DNA of 64,000 bases from a virus (Duplodnaviria; Caudoviricetes): positions 1,155 through 65,154 of IMG/VR virus record IMGVR_UViG_3300034061_005646; one strand, written 5' to 3'. Positions 1-11,200 of the stretch are shown one piece after another (positions within the stretch are counted from its first letter, which is position 1; each line of letters opens with the position of its first letter). A model generated the notes under the pieces. It saw only the letters and a program-made list of their open reading frames with translations. It searched no databases and had not been told where the DNA came from. Made by a program: the position numbers and the translations under genes.

Positions 1-590
1 GTACCGGCAGAAGTGGTTAGCGTAATGGATGTATCAGAACCAATTGCCGAAATTTGATACCAAGTTGTAATTGCGTTGGGATTGGTTGAACCAAAGCCTA
101 TACGGCTACCAACTGAAAGACCGGTTGCCCAAGCGCTTCCTGTACCCGTAACACCTGTACCACTTACTCCTACTGTTCCTGTGGTATAATGTTCAATATC
201 TACTCTAAAACCCCTAACAGTATGATTTGTAGCAGTTGGAAAAGTTAAGGTAACAGCTCCTATAAGTGTATAAGTATTTGTTGACGGAACCCATGTCCAT
301 AATTGCACCCTTCGAGTTGCGGCAGTAGCAGCTCCGTCTGAGCCAAATATCCAAAAAAGATCATCAGAAACTTTATAAGGATGAACAAAGTTTGAGGGAA
401 TAGCAAGCGCACTTTCACCAAAATTTGCAACCCCTACCGGAGCTGGGCCAACAAACTTGTCAATATCTCCACTACCTAAGTTAAATTGGCCAGTATGTTT
501 CCCCCGATTTATTTTGGTGGAATCATAAGTACCACCAATAGCCACTTGGTCTAAAGAACCATTAAATATTTGTTCAATTGCTACTTTCAT
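1..590 (-). CDS. Tail fibre/spike-like protein, partial (runs off window edge)
   Basis: Not in the ORF track. Hand translation from ATG 590 is open to base 1: MKVAIEQIFNGSLDQ...YTTGTVGVSGTGVTGTGSAWATGLSVGSRIGFG...WYQISAIGSDTSITL, a Gly/Thr-rich motif typical of fibre proteins. Downstream of another fibre gene. Confidence 0.65.
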   Translation of the reverse strand, partial: MKVAIEQIFNGSLDQVAIGGTYDSTKINRGKHTGQFNLGSGDIDKFVGPAPVGVANFGESALAIPSNFVHPYKVSDDLFWIFGSDGAATAATRRVQLWTWVPSTNTYTLIGAVTLTFPTATNHTVRGFRVDIEHYTTGTVGVSGTGVTGTGSAWATGLSVGSRIGFGSTNPNAITTWYQISAIGSDTSITLTTSAG

Positions 591-759
591 TATTTAATTC
601 ATTTATATTTTTTATGACCATTATTGCTAAAAACATTACGTTACATTCTGATCCTTTACTGTAGCATAACACAAAATCGTAATCCTCAAAAATACCTCCA
701 GCACAAGTATAATAATTAGTGTTGGATAAAACAATTTGACCAGGCGTTATAGTGTTCAT
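574..759 (-). CDS. Small hypothetical protein in fibre cluster
   Basis: ORF 574..792; ATG 759 (MNTITPGQ) is the more likely start because it lies just after the upstream stop. Confidence 0.5.
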   Translation of the reverse strand: MNTITPGQIVLSNTNYYTCAGGIFEDYDFVLCYSKGSECNVMFLAIMVIKNINELNNESSN

Positions 760-763
760 ATTT

Positions 764-2689
764 TTAAGTATGTTGTAAATAAATATCACCATCTACACCT
801 CCCGATGGTGCTGTTGTTCCTGAAGTAATTTGCTTATTTATTTTTACCCAAGATGTTCCGTCATATCCCCACCAACCTTCGGAAGTAACTATAGATCCAT
901 TAGGATCATTAGCATATCCCATAAGACCTGCAGGTGGTGTAGCTATGCTTTCTAATTGAGCTCCTTCCATTCTAGGCAATAAAAACCCTTTTGTAGTCGA
1001 GTCAATTTGCAATTGCGCTGCATCGTTAGCTGAATTGCCATTAAATATAACTTGGCCTGTTGTTGGGTGGACTCTCATATAACTTGCAGAAGCTCCTGAA
1101 TTTGTAAGCTCAAGTATAGAACTTAACCACGGATCTGATTGTATGCCATTTGTAGAAGCTCTAACCCTTAAAGCTGCACCAAAATTAAATGTAGGTAAAG
1201 GTGCACCCGAATTAAAAATTTCAACGCAAGGTTGTGAGGTTCCTCCGGCATTGTTTAAATCTTTAAAACCTCCATTTTGTCTATTTACGTCTATATTAAT
1301 ACCCCAAAAACTTTGAAGTAACATTCGGCTTCCAAAATGAGAACCCAAAGAATTTAACCTATCCCCAAAGGCAAATACTGCTGCTGTATTAGTAGTTAAA
1401 TCTCCAACACCAAAAATTCTTGGTACAGTTGAAGTTCCACCGGCAGCACTTGAATAAACATCCCCATTGTCAATTACCCTAAATATATTATTAACACTGC
1501 TACTGTCTACTCTTAAAGCTAAAGTACCACTTGTGGCACCTGAACCTTTTACATGAAGTCTTGCAGATGGTGAAGCTAAACCTACAGCCATGCTTAAAGT
1601 TGTTCCTGCTCCCCGAGCTGTAACAGTTTGTAAAGTGTCTACTTCTGTACCTCCTGAAACAGTTTGCCAAGAACCGTCACCTCTTAAAAATGTAGTTGAT
1701 GAGGGTGTGCCTGTTATAGCTGAAGAAAACAAAGGTATTCTATTTGTTGCTATAGCTTGAACTGTTGCTGCACTTCCTGTTACATTTGCAAGAAACGAGT
1801 TGGCCGCTACATTTTGTATTTTAGCGTATGTTACTGCTGCATTAGCTATTGTAGTTGTTATTGCTACTGCTCCACTTCCTGTTACATCACCTGATAATGT
1901 TATAGTTTGATTACCTGTTATAAAAGCAGGAGCTCCTGATATTTTACTCCAATCTAATGAAGCTAGCCATGATGGATTAGAATAACTTCCGGTTGAAACT
2001 AAATAGCCTGCCAAAGCATGATTACCCCAACTAAAAGCCGAATCCCAATTAGAACTATTATTTGTGGTTGAATACCAACTTGAAGCTGTATATATGGGGT
2101 CTGATTCTGAAGTTAAATAACCCGCTACAGCATGATTTCCCCAACCATATGCGGTATTCCAATTAGAGATATTTGTATTGGTTATTCCATTTGCGGGGTG
2201 TGCTGTTGACATAGCATCAGTTATACCGTAACCAGATAAAGTTGTTGGTTTAGATGATATTTCAGACCATGAAGGAACATAACTAATAGGCCTGTATAAA
2301 CCTGCATGGTTTCCCCAACCAAAAGCAGTATTCCAGTTTGATATTTCGGTACTAGTTATGGCTTTTACATGAGAGGGTACTGTGGGGTCGGATTCTGATA
2401 TTGTAACTAATCCGTTTACCCATTTAGTTCCATCGTATTTTAAAATATCATTAAGTTGAGGATTAGTTACAGTAAAAGGGCCAGGGGCATATATGATGCT
2501 ATTATCCGTAAGAGTAATTTTAAATTCCCCAGTGCTTAACCATATAACAGATTCTATACCTACCCCGTTTTCTCCTTGTGGTCCTTCAGGAAATATTAAC
2601 TCAAAATCAATTTCATTTGGATTGGTGTCAACATCAAATGATACTGTTTGAGGATTAATTTCAACGTCAAATATGATAGGATCTCCCAT
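764..2689 (-). CDS. Tail fibre protein with internal repeats
   Basis: 641 aa, Ser/Thr/Gly rich. Three W(N/D)xA(F/Y)xWGNHA repeats, two SESDP motifs, ITLSGDVTGSG, and C-terminal SGTTAPSGGVDGDIYLQ, all typical of phage fibres. Confidence 0.75.
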   Translation of the reverse strand: MGDPIIFDVEINPQTVSFDVDTNPNEIDFELIFPEGPQGENGVGIESVIWLSTGEFKITLTDNSIIYAPGPFTVTNPQLNDILKYDGTKWVNGLVTISESDPTVPSHVKAITSTEISNWNTAFGWGNHAGLYRPISYVPSWSEISSKPTTLSGYGITDAMSTAHPANGITNTNISNWNTAYGWGNHAVAGYLTSESDPIYTASSWYSTTNNSSNWDSAFSWGNHALAGYLVSTGSYSNPSWLASLDWSKISGAPAFITGNQTITLSGDVTGSGAVAITTTIANAAVTYAKIQNVAANSFLANVTGSAATVQAIATNRIPLFSSAITGTPSSTTFLRGDGSWQTVSGGTEVDTLQTVTARGAGTTLSMAVGLASPSARLHVKGSGATSGTLALRVDSSSVNNIFRVIDNGDVYSSAAGGTSTVPRIFGVGDLTTNTAAVFAFGDRLNSLGSHFGSRMLLQSFWGINIDVNRQNGGFKDLNNAGGTSQPCVEIFNSGAPLPTFNFGAALRVRASTNGIQSDPWLSSILELTNSGASASYMRVHPTTGQVIFNGNSANDAAQLQIDSTTKGFLLPRMEGAQLESIATPPAGLMGYANDPNGSIVTSEGWWGYDGTSWVKINKQITSGTTAPSGGVDGDIYLQHT

Positions 2690-2696
2690 TGGTTAA

Positions 2697-3044
2697 TTAC
2701 TTTAGTTTTTTCTTAATAGTTAACTCGCCTTCTCCGGTAACAGTAAAACCACCTGCTTCTGTAACCGTAAGCTGTACAGTGTATTTACCTGGCTTAACCG
2801 ATTCATCGGTATTGTGTTGAGCAACTTTAAAAACACCGCCAGAAACATTTGTAATAGCTAATTTTGAATTAGCAGTGCTCATTTCAAGCTTTGGCTCAAC
2901 AGTATCAATATCTCTTGCAAATACCATTTTAATAGATGCGCCTGTTAACGAAGCAGCAACTCCATTTTTCTTATAATAGAAAATCTGATCATTGATAGTA
3001 TTACCGGCAACAACATCGCCCAAATTAAATGACTTAGTTTTCAT
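2697..3044 (-). CDS. BppU-N-like beta-sandwich tail adaptor protein
   Basis: 115 aa; SLTGASIKMVF...GKYTVQLTV...GELTI pattern resembles baseplate-upper-protein N-terminal domains; fibre-cluster context. Confidence 0.5.
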   Translation of the reverse strand: MKTKSFNLGDVVAGNTINDQIFYYKKNGVAASLTGASIKMVFARDIDTVEPKLEMSTANSKLAITNVSGGVFKVAQHNTDESVKPGKYTVQLTVTEAGGFTVTGEGELTIKKKLK

Positions 3045-3273
3045 TGCTTGCTAAATGAATGTAATATAATATAGTAACAGGGCACTTCAATTTTTTTTCA
3101 TAGTTCTCTTGTATTTTCTTTACAGCTAAACTATCCATAACCTTTGCCGGAGCATTTACACTATCAATAGATATTGTGTCGTTTATAAACTCTGTTTTAG
3201 TTATTCCTAAGAATACCTTCTTTTTAACAGCTATGCTGATGAAAAAGTAGTTTTTGTATTTTTTAGCTATCAT
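3034..3273 (-). CDS. Hypothetical protein
   Basis: 79-aa ORF overlapping both neighbours in the operon. Confidence 0.55.
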   Translation of the reverse strand: MIAKKYKNYFFISIAVKKKVFLGITKTEFINDTISIDSVNAPAKVMDSLAVKKIQENYEKKLKCPVTILYYIHLASNEN

Positions 3274-4394
3274 TTAAGTCTTATTAAAAATTTAACTGCT
3301 TGAACCGGGTGATACAAATTTACTTCTAATGGCTCTCCAATTGCAATACCTGTTACAACATGGTTATCAACAGAAACGGGTAAACCTCCTGAAAAACCTA
3401 CTGTATGACTATGGGAAAAATCTAATTGTTGAGGGCCAAGAGTAATATTTTGAATAAAATTTACCGCTATTTCGCCTGATGCTGTTCCTTCATGACTATG
3501 TGTTACATCAATCATAGTAGATCCGCTATATGCATGCATATGTTCTGGATCATTAACTGTATGTACTAATGATAATGTAATATTAACTTGGTATCCATCT
3601 GTATCAGGAATACTAAAATCAACAACTTGTTTTCCAACTCCTTCTGCATGTTCTGTTACCCATACGTCAGAATCTAATATATCATGAACGTGTGCTGTAG
3701 CTTCTTCAATTGTATCATTATGCGTATCTACTGTTATTCCTGTTGCAGCATCTTCTGTTGTTCCTGATATCTCAACTGTTGGTGTTCCATTATGAACATC
3801 GGTCCATGTTGTTGTAATGTCTGTCAAAGCCAAATCTACAATTTGACTGTCTGATAAATTTAATTCAATTTCAAATAAAACTGTATCTTGAAGAATGGCT
3901 TCAGAAACAATTGCCTCCATAGCAGAAAAATTTTCTGCAATAGCTACGTGAGGATCTATTTCTATATCAAGTACATGATTATGTGCAATATCTGCTGTTT
4001 CTGCACCTAGCTTTTGACCGACAACAATTCCCAAGCCATAACCTACAGGGCTTCTTCTTCGCAAATCAGGAACTAAAAAGTTACCATTGTCTTCACCGTA
4101 AGCATATCCGCAAGCTGCAAATGCTTCTGGATATTCCAAAGGATCGTAAGAATCACCATTGCACAATACATTATCAGTATCAGGTGCTTCATTTGGTGCA
4201 CCCATCCATATTTCTCCAATCTTGCGAAGATTGTTATTCGTAGTATATGATAAATCCCCAATGTTAAAATCGTACCGAACAAGAACGTCAAAGCTGTTTT
4301 TTATAATTTGCCTTGCACGAACTTCAGCAGGTTTTAATATTGAAGATGATAGCTGAAAAGCTGTACCAAAATCAGGTTTGACTACTTGTCCCAT
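3270..4394 (-). CDS. Tail collar domain fibre protein
   Basis: IGEIWM...LCNGDSY...YPEAFAACGYAYG...FLVPDLR...G.K.GAE collar motif, several HxH motifs, C-terminal PVQAVKFLIR. Confidence 0.75.
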   Translation of the reverse strand: MGQVVKPDFGTAFQLSSSILKPAEVRARQIIKNSFDVLVRYDFNIGDLSYTTNNNLRKIGEIWMGAPNEAPDTDNVLCNGDSYDPLEYPEAFAACGYAYGEDNGNFLVPDLRRRSPVGYGLGIVVGQKLGAETADIAHNHVLDIEIDPHVAIAENFSAMEAIVSEAILQDTVLFEIELNLSDSQIVDLALTDITTTWTDVHNGTPTVEISGTTEDAATGITVDTHNDTIEEATAHVHDILDSDVWVTEHAEGVGKQVVDFSIPDTDGYQVNITLSLVHTVNDPEHMHAYSGSTMIDVTHSHEGTASGEIAVNFIQNITLGPQQLDFSHSHTVGFSGGLPVSVDNHVVTGIAIGEPLEVNLYHPVQAVKFLIRLK

Positions 4395-4629
4395 AAACTA
4401 TAACTTGTGAATAATTGTCTAATAATTCATTCTCTAGCTCAGGTCCAAGATATGGCCTTGCTTCCTCATATATTTCATAAAGCAATCCACAAACATCAAT
4501 TAGGTCTTTATGGATGTGCTTAAATGATACTTCTTCATGGTCGTGGCTATCTCTGGCCATAGCTGCAAAGCCAAGGATAATAGATAGCCAAGTGTTTTCT
4601 AAATCGACAACGTTTCTTACATATCCCAT
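4372..4629 (-). CDS. Hypothetical protein
   Basis: 85-aa ORF tightly packed in the operon. Confidence 0.6.
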   Translation of the reverse strand: MGYVRNVVDLENTWLSIILGFAAMARDSHDHEEVSFKHIHKDLIDVCGLLYEIYEEARPYLGPELENELLDNYSQVIVYGTSSQT

Positions 4630-4630
4630 C

Positions 4631-5221
4631 TTAGTATTCTCCTTGCGCTTCTGCTACAAGTGCTTGTAGCTTTTTGAATGATTTAACAGCAGGTAAATAC
4701 ATATCTAAGCTAGTTTGTGCCTTACAGATAGATATGTAGGTTTTGATTTCAGCAAAAAGGTTCTTAAGCCTTTCTTTTTGGTCGGTGTATTCAAGGTTTT
4801 GATATTTATTCAAAAGCTTTGTTACATCAATCCAGATATGAGGAATAAGCAAAAAGATTAATTGGTTTGGCTCTGTAAGATAATCAGTGCCAAAAGTTTC
4901 TTGTGGATCATATTTCAAAATGTAAATACCGTCAGGATATTCTTCTCCTGGAGAGTCTGGCCAATCTTCAGCCAATATTTCTTTTGGATCTTTGTAAAGG
5001 TTGTCATATAACGACTCCTCAAATGACAGAGCACCAAAACTTCCTTGATCATGATGTTCAAGCTCAAGTTTATAGCCTTCCATTATTTCGATGTCTACAT
5101 CACCGGCAATGGTTAATGAGCTTATTTCCCATCCACCTGTTCCGGTAGGTGTAGTGTCTTTAAACTGAAGCGATGTCAACAACGGTTGAGCTACGCTGAT
5201 TTGTAATTTTTCAAGTGCCAT
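4631..5221 (-). CDS. Putative virion (tail hub-like) protein
   Basis: 196 aa, first gene of the fibre operon; YPDGIYILKY motif and helical C-terminus. Function inferred from position only. Confidence 0.4.
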   Translation of the reverse strand: MALEKLQISVAQPLLTSLQFKDTTPTGTGGWEISSLTIAGDVDIEIMEGYKLELEHHDQGSFGALSFEESLYDNLYKDPKEILAEDWPDSPGEEYPDGIYILKYDPQETFGTDYLTEPNQLIFLLIPHIWIDVTKLLNKYQNLEYTDQKERLKNLFAEIKTYISICKAQTSLDMYLPAVKSFKKLQALVAEAQGEY

Positions 5222-5225
5222 GTTT

Positions 5226-5233
5226 CAAATTTA
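5226..5233 (-). promoter_or_regulatory. Bacteroidota -7 promoter box
   Basis: TAAATTTG followed by AAAC-ATG (5221). Confidence 0.55.
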
Positions 5234-5248
5234 ATTTATTTTTTTTTG

Positions 5249-8200
5249 TTAATAACCTCCATAAACTCCAGATGAGCTTTTTGGCTTGTTTTTTTCCAAA
5301 TACTGTAAAGTCATTCTTGATGCCGGTAAAGCTCTTAATGCGTTTTCTGGTATTTTGCTTGATTTTTTTGGACCATATTTACTTTTTTTACTACGCTTCC
5401 AACCATCAGTGCCAAAGCTTTGCAATGTATAGCTTATTGAATTACTTGCTAACTCAACCAACGAAGCCATCCAAGATAAAGCAGGAAGTGTTTTAGATAA
5501 GTTATACACCAAGTTATCTTCTGCTAACACCATTACTTGCTGCATAGTGGATTTAAACAATTCTTTTCCAGACTTATTTCCAATTTTAACTCCTTTGAAT
5601 TGCTTACTCCAAAAGTCTTTTTCATCATCATCACCAATATCAATCATTGCCCACATAGCTAATCCGGTTATAATTCCTCCCCATGTAGCATTAGATATTG
5701 CTTGGTGTTTTTGTTCAGGATTAATTGTTTTTACTCCTGCCAAATGTTTTGCAACCATTCTGTATTTGCCACCTAAAGTAACACCATTCATATTGTACTC
5801 AGCACCAAAACGCGACCAGAAATAATCAGGAGCCCATGATTTAAACTGCATTGCTGCATTTAAATAACTATTTGATAAGTACATTCTTTCAGTAGAATTT
5901 CTAAATTTACCTAAATTGTGTTCTACATAATCAATAGCGCGTTTAACTTTTAGAACTTCTCCTTCTGGCATTCCTAAGATATCTGTTGGCGTTTTATCTC
6001 CAGACAATATTTCAAGCATTCCTTTTACACCACCGGTATAAACATTGTCTTTTTTGTATTGTCTAATTTGTTCTAAATCACCAATAGACAACTGATCTGC
6101 AAGCATCATTAGCCTTGGCATATTTCCAGATATCCAATAAGGCATCATCATAGCTGCTTTTGTTGTTCCGACAATACTAATATCTCCAGTGCTTAAATCT
6201 CTATGGTTAAACATACCAAAAGCCAATGCAACATCTCTAAGCTCTTGAAAATAATACACAGATTTAAGCAAAGCAGGAACCATATTTACAGGACCAGCAT
6301 AGGTGCCCAATAATTTTACCCATGGCTTATTGCTTTCTTTACCCATTCCGTTATAAGCGGACATTGATGTAATTGTTGTTGCTGTTAAATCTACCGCACC
6401 ACCAATCCAAGAAAATCCTAACATAGACAAGCGAGCTGCAGTAACAGAAAAGTCTATTGCTTTAGTAAGAAGTGTTTCATTTGATTGTTCAAACTTCTTA
6501 TTTAAAATACGAGTTTTCATGTCATTAATAAGAAATTTAGCCAATCCCGGATTTTTTTCATTTAGCAATAGCATTTCTCCGGCATAGTAAAGCCCTCTTG
6601 ACTCAGTAAAGGTTTTAGCTTTTTTAACTTCATCAGCATAATTCATGAAGGTTTTAAATAAATCAGGTTCACGTAAATCTTGGCTTGTTCTTATCATTCC
6701 AGGTAATGCAAGAGATTCGGTTCCTGCTCTGGTAGATTCGCCTTTTCTTCTTGTCCAAAACTCTCCACCAATCTTATGTGTCATGGTATAGATGTCTGAA
6801 ATGTTTTTCTCAGATAGTGGTGACTCTCCTATTTTTTCATCTGCAGCAGCTTCTCTCATTATTTCCCTTGCTGTTACATTTTTAAGAACGCGGCCGCTTG
6901 GCAATGTGTAAGATTCAATCTTTCTATCATCTTGGATATTAGTATTATGATATGCTTCATACCACCATGTCATAAACTTATTTAAGGTACCTTTTCCTGT
7001 TTTGTATCGGTTAAGTACACCAGATGGATAATAAGGAATGTAGTAAGAAGCTTGGCCATCAGGTTCACCTAATAACTGAGATCCTTCACCCATTCCACCA
7101 CCATGAAATATACCTGTATTGTTATAGATATAACGACCATACTTAGCATAAAATTCATTCATGTGTTGTAACACGTCAAATTCTGCTTGTGTCATAGTGC
7201 CATTTTGTAATTCAGATATTCCGGCATCCAAAGATTTGAGCTTCTGAACAAGTACGCTTCCGCTTCCCGGTTCAAGTAAGTTGTTTAACAATGAATTGCT
7301 AAAAGAGTTAAACAGTGGAAAACGACCTATAATTTTTCTTCCGCGATAAGCTCTGCCAAACTTTTCTTTAGCTACCTGATCTACAAGCTTTGAATACTTT
7401 AACTTCCATTTGAGCATTTCTCTGTCATTTTGCTCCATAGTGTTCATGATTTCATCTTGTATAAAATCAATTTTATAGTCTGGACTAATCTGATTTAATG
7501 ATGTTGTAATAGAGCTTATTATGCTATTTATCTTACCTTGTTTAGCATTAACTATTTGATTTCTTATAGTGTTTTGCTCTGTCTGCAAAGTAATTGCTTC
7601 AGTTAAAGCTTCAGCAACAACTCTCATGTTATTGGTAAAGCCATTCTGAGCATCGTTTGGCAACATTCTTAATCTTTGAACATGGCCAAGCAATTCAACT
7701 GTATCTGCCTTAGTCAAATCCATTATTTTGCCTGACTGAACAAAGTTTCTAATGTTGTTATAAGCATTTATATATCCGGTTACGGTTGCTTCAAGAGCAT
7801 CATTTTGTAAATCTTTGTCTAGTAAATCATCACGAAGTTGTTGTCTATCTTGCTCAGTAAGGTCTGGTAAGTTTTTTCCAAGCTTTTTCAAAAAGAATGA
7901 GGAGTAAACACCTTCGCCTGATATCGCAAATTCTTCTTGTACTCTTGAAAAGACTGCTTTGCTAAATCCATTTTCAATATGATTCTGAACAATCATTTCT
8001 TTAATCATTGGTCGAAGTGTTTCCATAGAGTATTCTTTGGTCGACATCGAACCTGATATAGCCAAATCATTTTGGAATAGCCTTACAGTTCCAATCTTTT
8101 CACCTTGTTGTTCAAGCAATACTGCTTGTATTCCGGCAGCATATAGTTGCTTTCTTTCGTTAAATGATAAACTATCAAATGCTGGTAAAGCAGCTCCAGA

Positions 8201-11200
8201 CTCATTCTCTCCAATATTAAAAGATGCTGTATTGATGTTCAGTTCTCCATTTGGTCCAACACTAACAATATTGCCATCTACTGCAAGTTCTAATCCAATT
8301 GAGTATGTTGGTCGGTTGGATAAATAAGCATCATACTGTTCATTTTTGATTCTAAGATAGTCAGTTACTTGCTTAGCAAAACCACCTCTGTCAAGTGCAT
8401 CGGCAGCATGATTGCTAATTGAACCATGACCTGCAGTATAAGAAGCCAATATGTTTGACAAATTTGTTACACTGTTACCAGATAGCATTTCTTTGATACC
8501 TCTATTTAACAGCTTATTTGCTTCAGGTATTATACCTTTTACAAAGTCTTGTATATCTTTTCGTGTTTGTCCGGGAATTCTGTTTGCAGCATTTTCATAC
8601 GTTTCAGCATTCATTCCATCAGCTTCCATATTGTCAATAATAGCATTTGCGTTATCAAACGTATACTGACCAACAGTTGTGTATTTGCCCGACTGAAGTG
8701 TTGGTGGTATCAAACTTTCTACAGTAAACAAATCTTCGTTGTATGAAAGAATGTTGGTTATTATCTCATAAAGATTTGCATCTTGTATTGGTTGAGCTGT
8801 GGTAGCAGCGCTTCTCATTTTGAATACTTTAAAGATAAAGTTTCTTATTCTTCCAAATAATGATTTGTCAGATCCAACATAATTTTGAAGCTGAGTGCCT
8901 GTTAAGTCAGGATTGATACGAGCAAAGTATTCTTGCATTTCTCCTGTAGTATCAGACATCATATAAGCAATCATTTCATCCACACGAGCAAAGTTGTTGC
9001 CCGCAAGCTGAGGATCTTCCCAAATGTTTTTTACTTTAGCTTGTACGCCACTTGCGTTTGCCGGTAATGCACTTACTACCTTACCAAGTACATTTGCAAG
9101 GTCAAGTACAGTTTCTTTCAAATCATAATAAGCATCACCCGGTTGAGCTTGCTCAGCTTCATAAATAGCATCTGTAATCCATGCATGGACTGCTTCGTGA
9201 ATAACTACCATTGGAGCATCTAAGCTTTTGGAGTCCCCATTTATGTATATTTCTCCATTATAAAAGAATGCTTTTGTATTTGGGTTAGGATTTTGGGTGC
9301 CGAATGCATTTGCTTCAGCATCTTCAAATTCCTTTTGCGTTAGTACATTGGTTTTAACTTCACCAATAACATCGGTAAATTTCTTAGCTATGTCAGCAAC
9401 AAATGGATTTGCGTTAAGCTGTTCTTGGTATGCTTTAATAACTTGGCTAAGTGTATTAGCTTCAATACCTCTTGATTTAAGGTTTTCGTTGATGCTTTTA
9501 CCTCTCAAGCTTATTGAAGATCCTGTAACATACTTAGAAATATTATTTACGATATCTAATGCAGACAATTTAGTTTCTGACCATGAAGTTCTGTTATTTT
9601 GGTTTGTGCCTGCAACATTACGCATAGTAAACCTTCTGGCTCTTTCTTTGGTTTTTTCTTGCTGACTTGGCTTACTTGTTATTTGGCTGTATTTATTAGT
9701 ATCAACAAACATTTGTTGACCAGGCTGATTCATTGCTGATATTTCCTGAATAGTTTTTAAAGCCTCAATAAGCTTGTTTACGTTTCTTGCAGTAATTGTA
9801 TTGCCGGTTTTGGTTTGTACGCTTGGGCTTCCAATAGATGCTTTCTGAAGCTCTTTAATTGCTAACGTAATAAAGTCTTTATTATTAATAGACTTAACGC
9901 CTTTGATTTCAATGTTTTTAAGGACATCACTCAAAAGATTCATTGTCTCAAGACTATTTCCTGTAATAGCGTGTATTGACTCAAATACAGCACGTTTAAA
10001 ATCAGCAACACTCATATTGTCAAATTGAGAGTTTGCCGGAATAGAAACAATGTCTTGGAATGAGCTCAATGGCATATCGTTGTTTCCTTTTAAAACAGTA
10101 ACATCGCCATTTTCTGAATAGGTTGCTATTGGAACAAACAAATAGTTAGGCGATTTTGCTGTGCCCTTTTTACCGTTTGTATTGATATAACCAGATTGTA
10201 TTCTTTTATAGAGAGTTATTTCACCATTGTTTTCATTTCTATGGTGCACATATTCATGAGCTGATGCCCATTTAATATCCTTTGCATTTCCGGTTTCCAT
10301 GTTAGTAATCTGACTGCCGGTTATTTGATAAGCCATTGTAGGCTCTTTTAGCAATGCATCATTAGCATATTCAAAAAAATTATCTTCATGAGAGTTATTC
10401 CATGCTTTGTTCAAATCTTTAACAACATCTACCTGATAAATTCCAGCATCTTGTCTAATAATACCCAACAAGTTGCGAGATTGTTTATAGCTCATTTGCT
10501 CATTGAAATATTGAATCCACATATACGGATCAGAAATAATTCTTTCGTCAGCAAATGATGTTGGTAATGCTTCATTTTCTAAAGCAGTTATTACCTTATC
10601 CATTACGGTTCCTACTTCGTTTCCATCAGAATCAAGTATTGGATTTCCTAACGCTGCAAAAAGGTTATTTATTCCTTCAGCAATTTCAGCAAGCTGATCA
10701 CTTGTAAAGTCTGTCATTCCACCTTGGCTTAACAAAATGCTTTGATTTGTTGGCTTTTGGTGTCTTGGGCTTGGCTTATTTGGATTGAACGTAGATAAAT
10801 ATGAGGACATTGCCACAAACCATTGTTCTGCAGTAGCTTCACCAAAAGGCTCATTTGTTGCAAGTGCTGTTTCTGCAAATGTTTTAATAGCTTGATCAAT
10901 AAAATTATTTGGTTGAGTGTTTGAAAGCACATCCAAATCATTTGCTTGATTTTCTACAATTGCTTCGTCTTGAATAATATATTCTTGCCCTGTTACAGAA
11001 TTAAACAATGTTCCAGAAGAAGGATCTGCATAAACATCAAATTGATATTCATTTTGGCTTATAACAATTGCCATCATTATTTTAGCTGCTTCAATTGGAT
11101 TGTTTCTTAAAGCAATTTCAAAATCAGCAAATGTTGCATTTTCAGGCAGTTCAATTTTTTGTCCATCAACTTCTTTAAATATACCTGAGTCTTGCTTATA

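Noticed and set aside
764-4394. Diversity-generating retroelement acting on fibre genes
   Set aside because: No reverse transcriptase motif and no near-identical template/variable repeat pair was noticed in the window.
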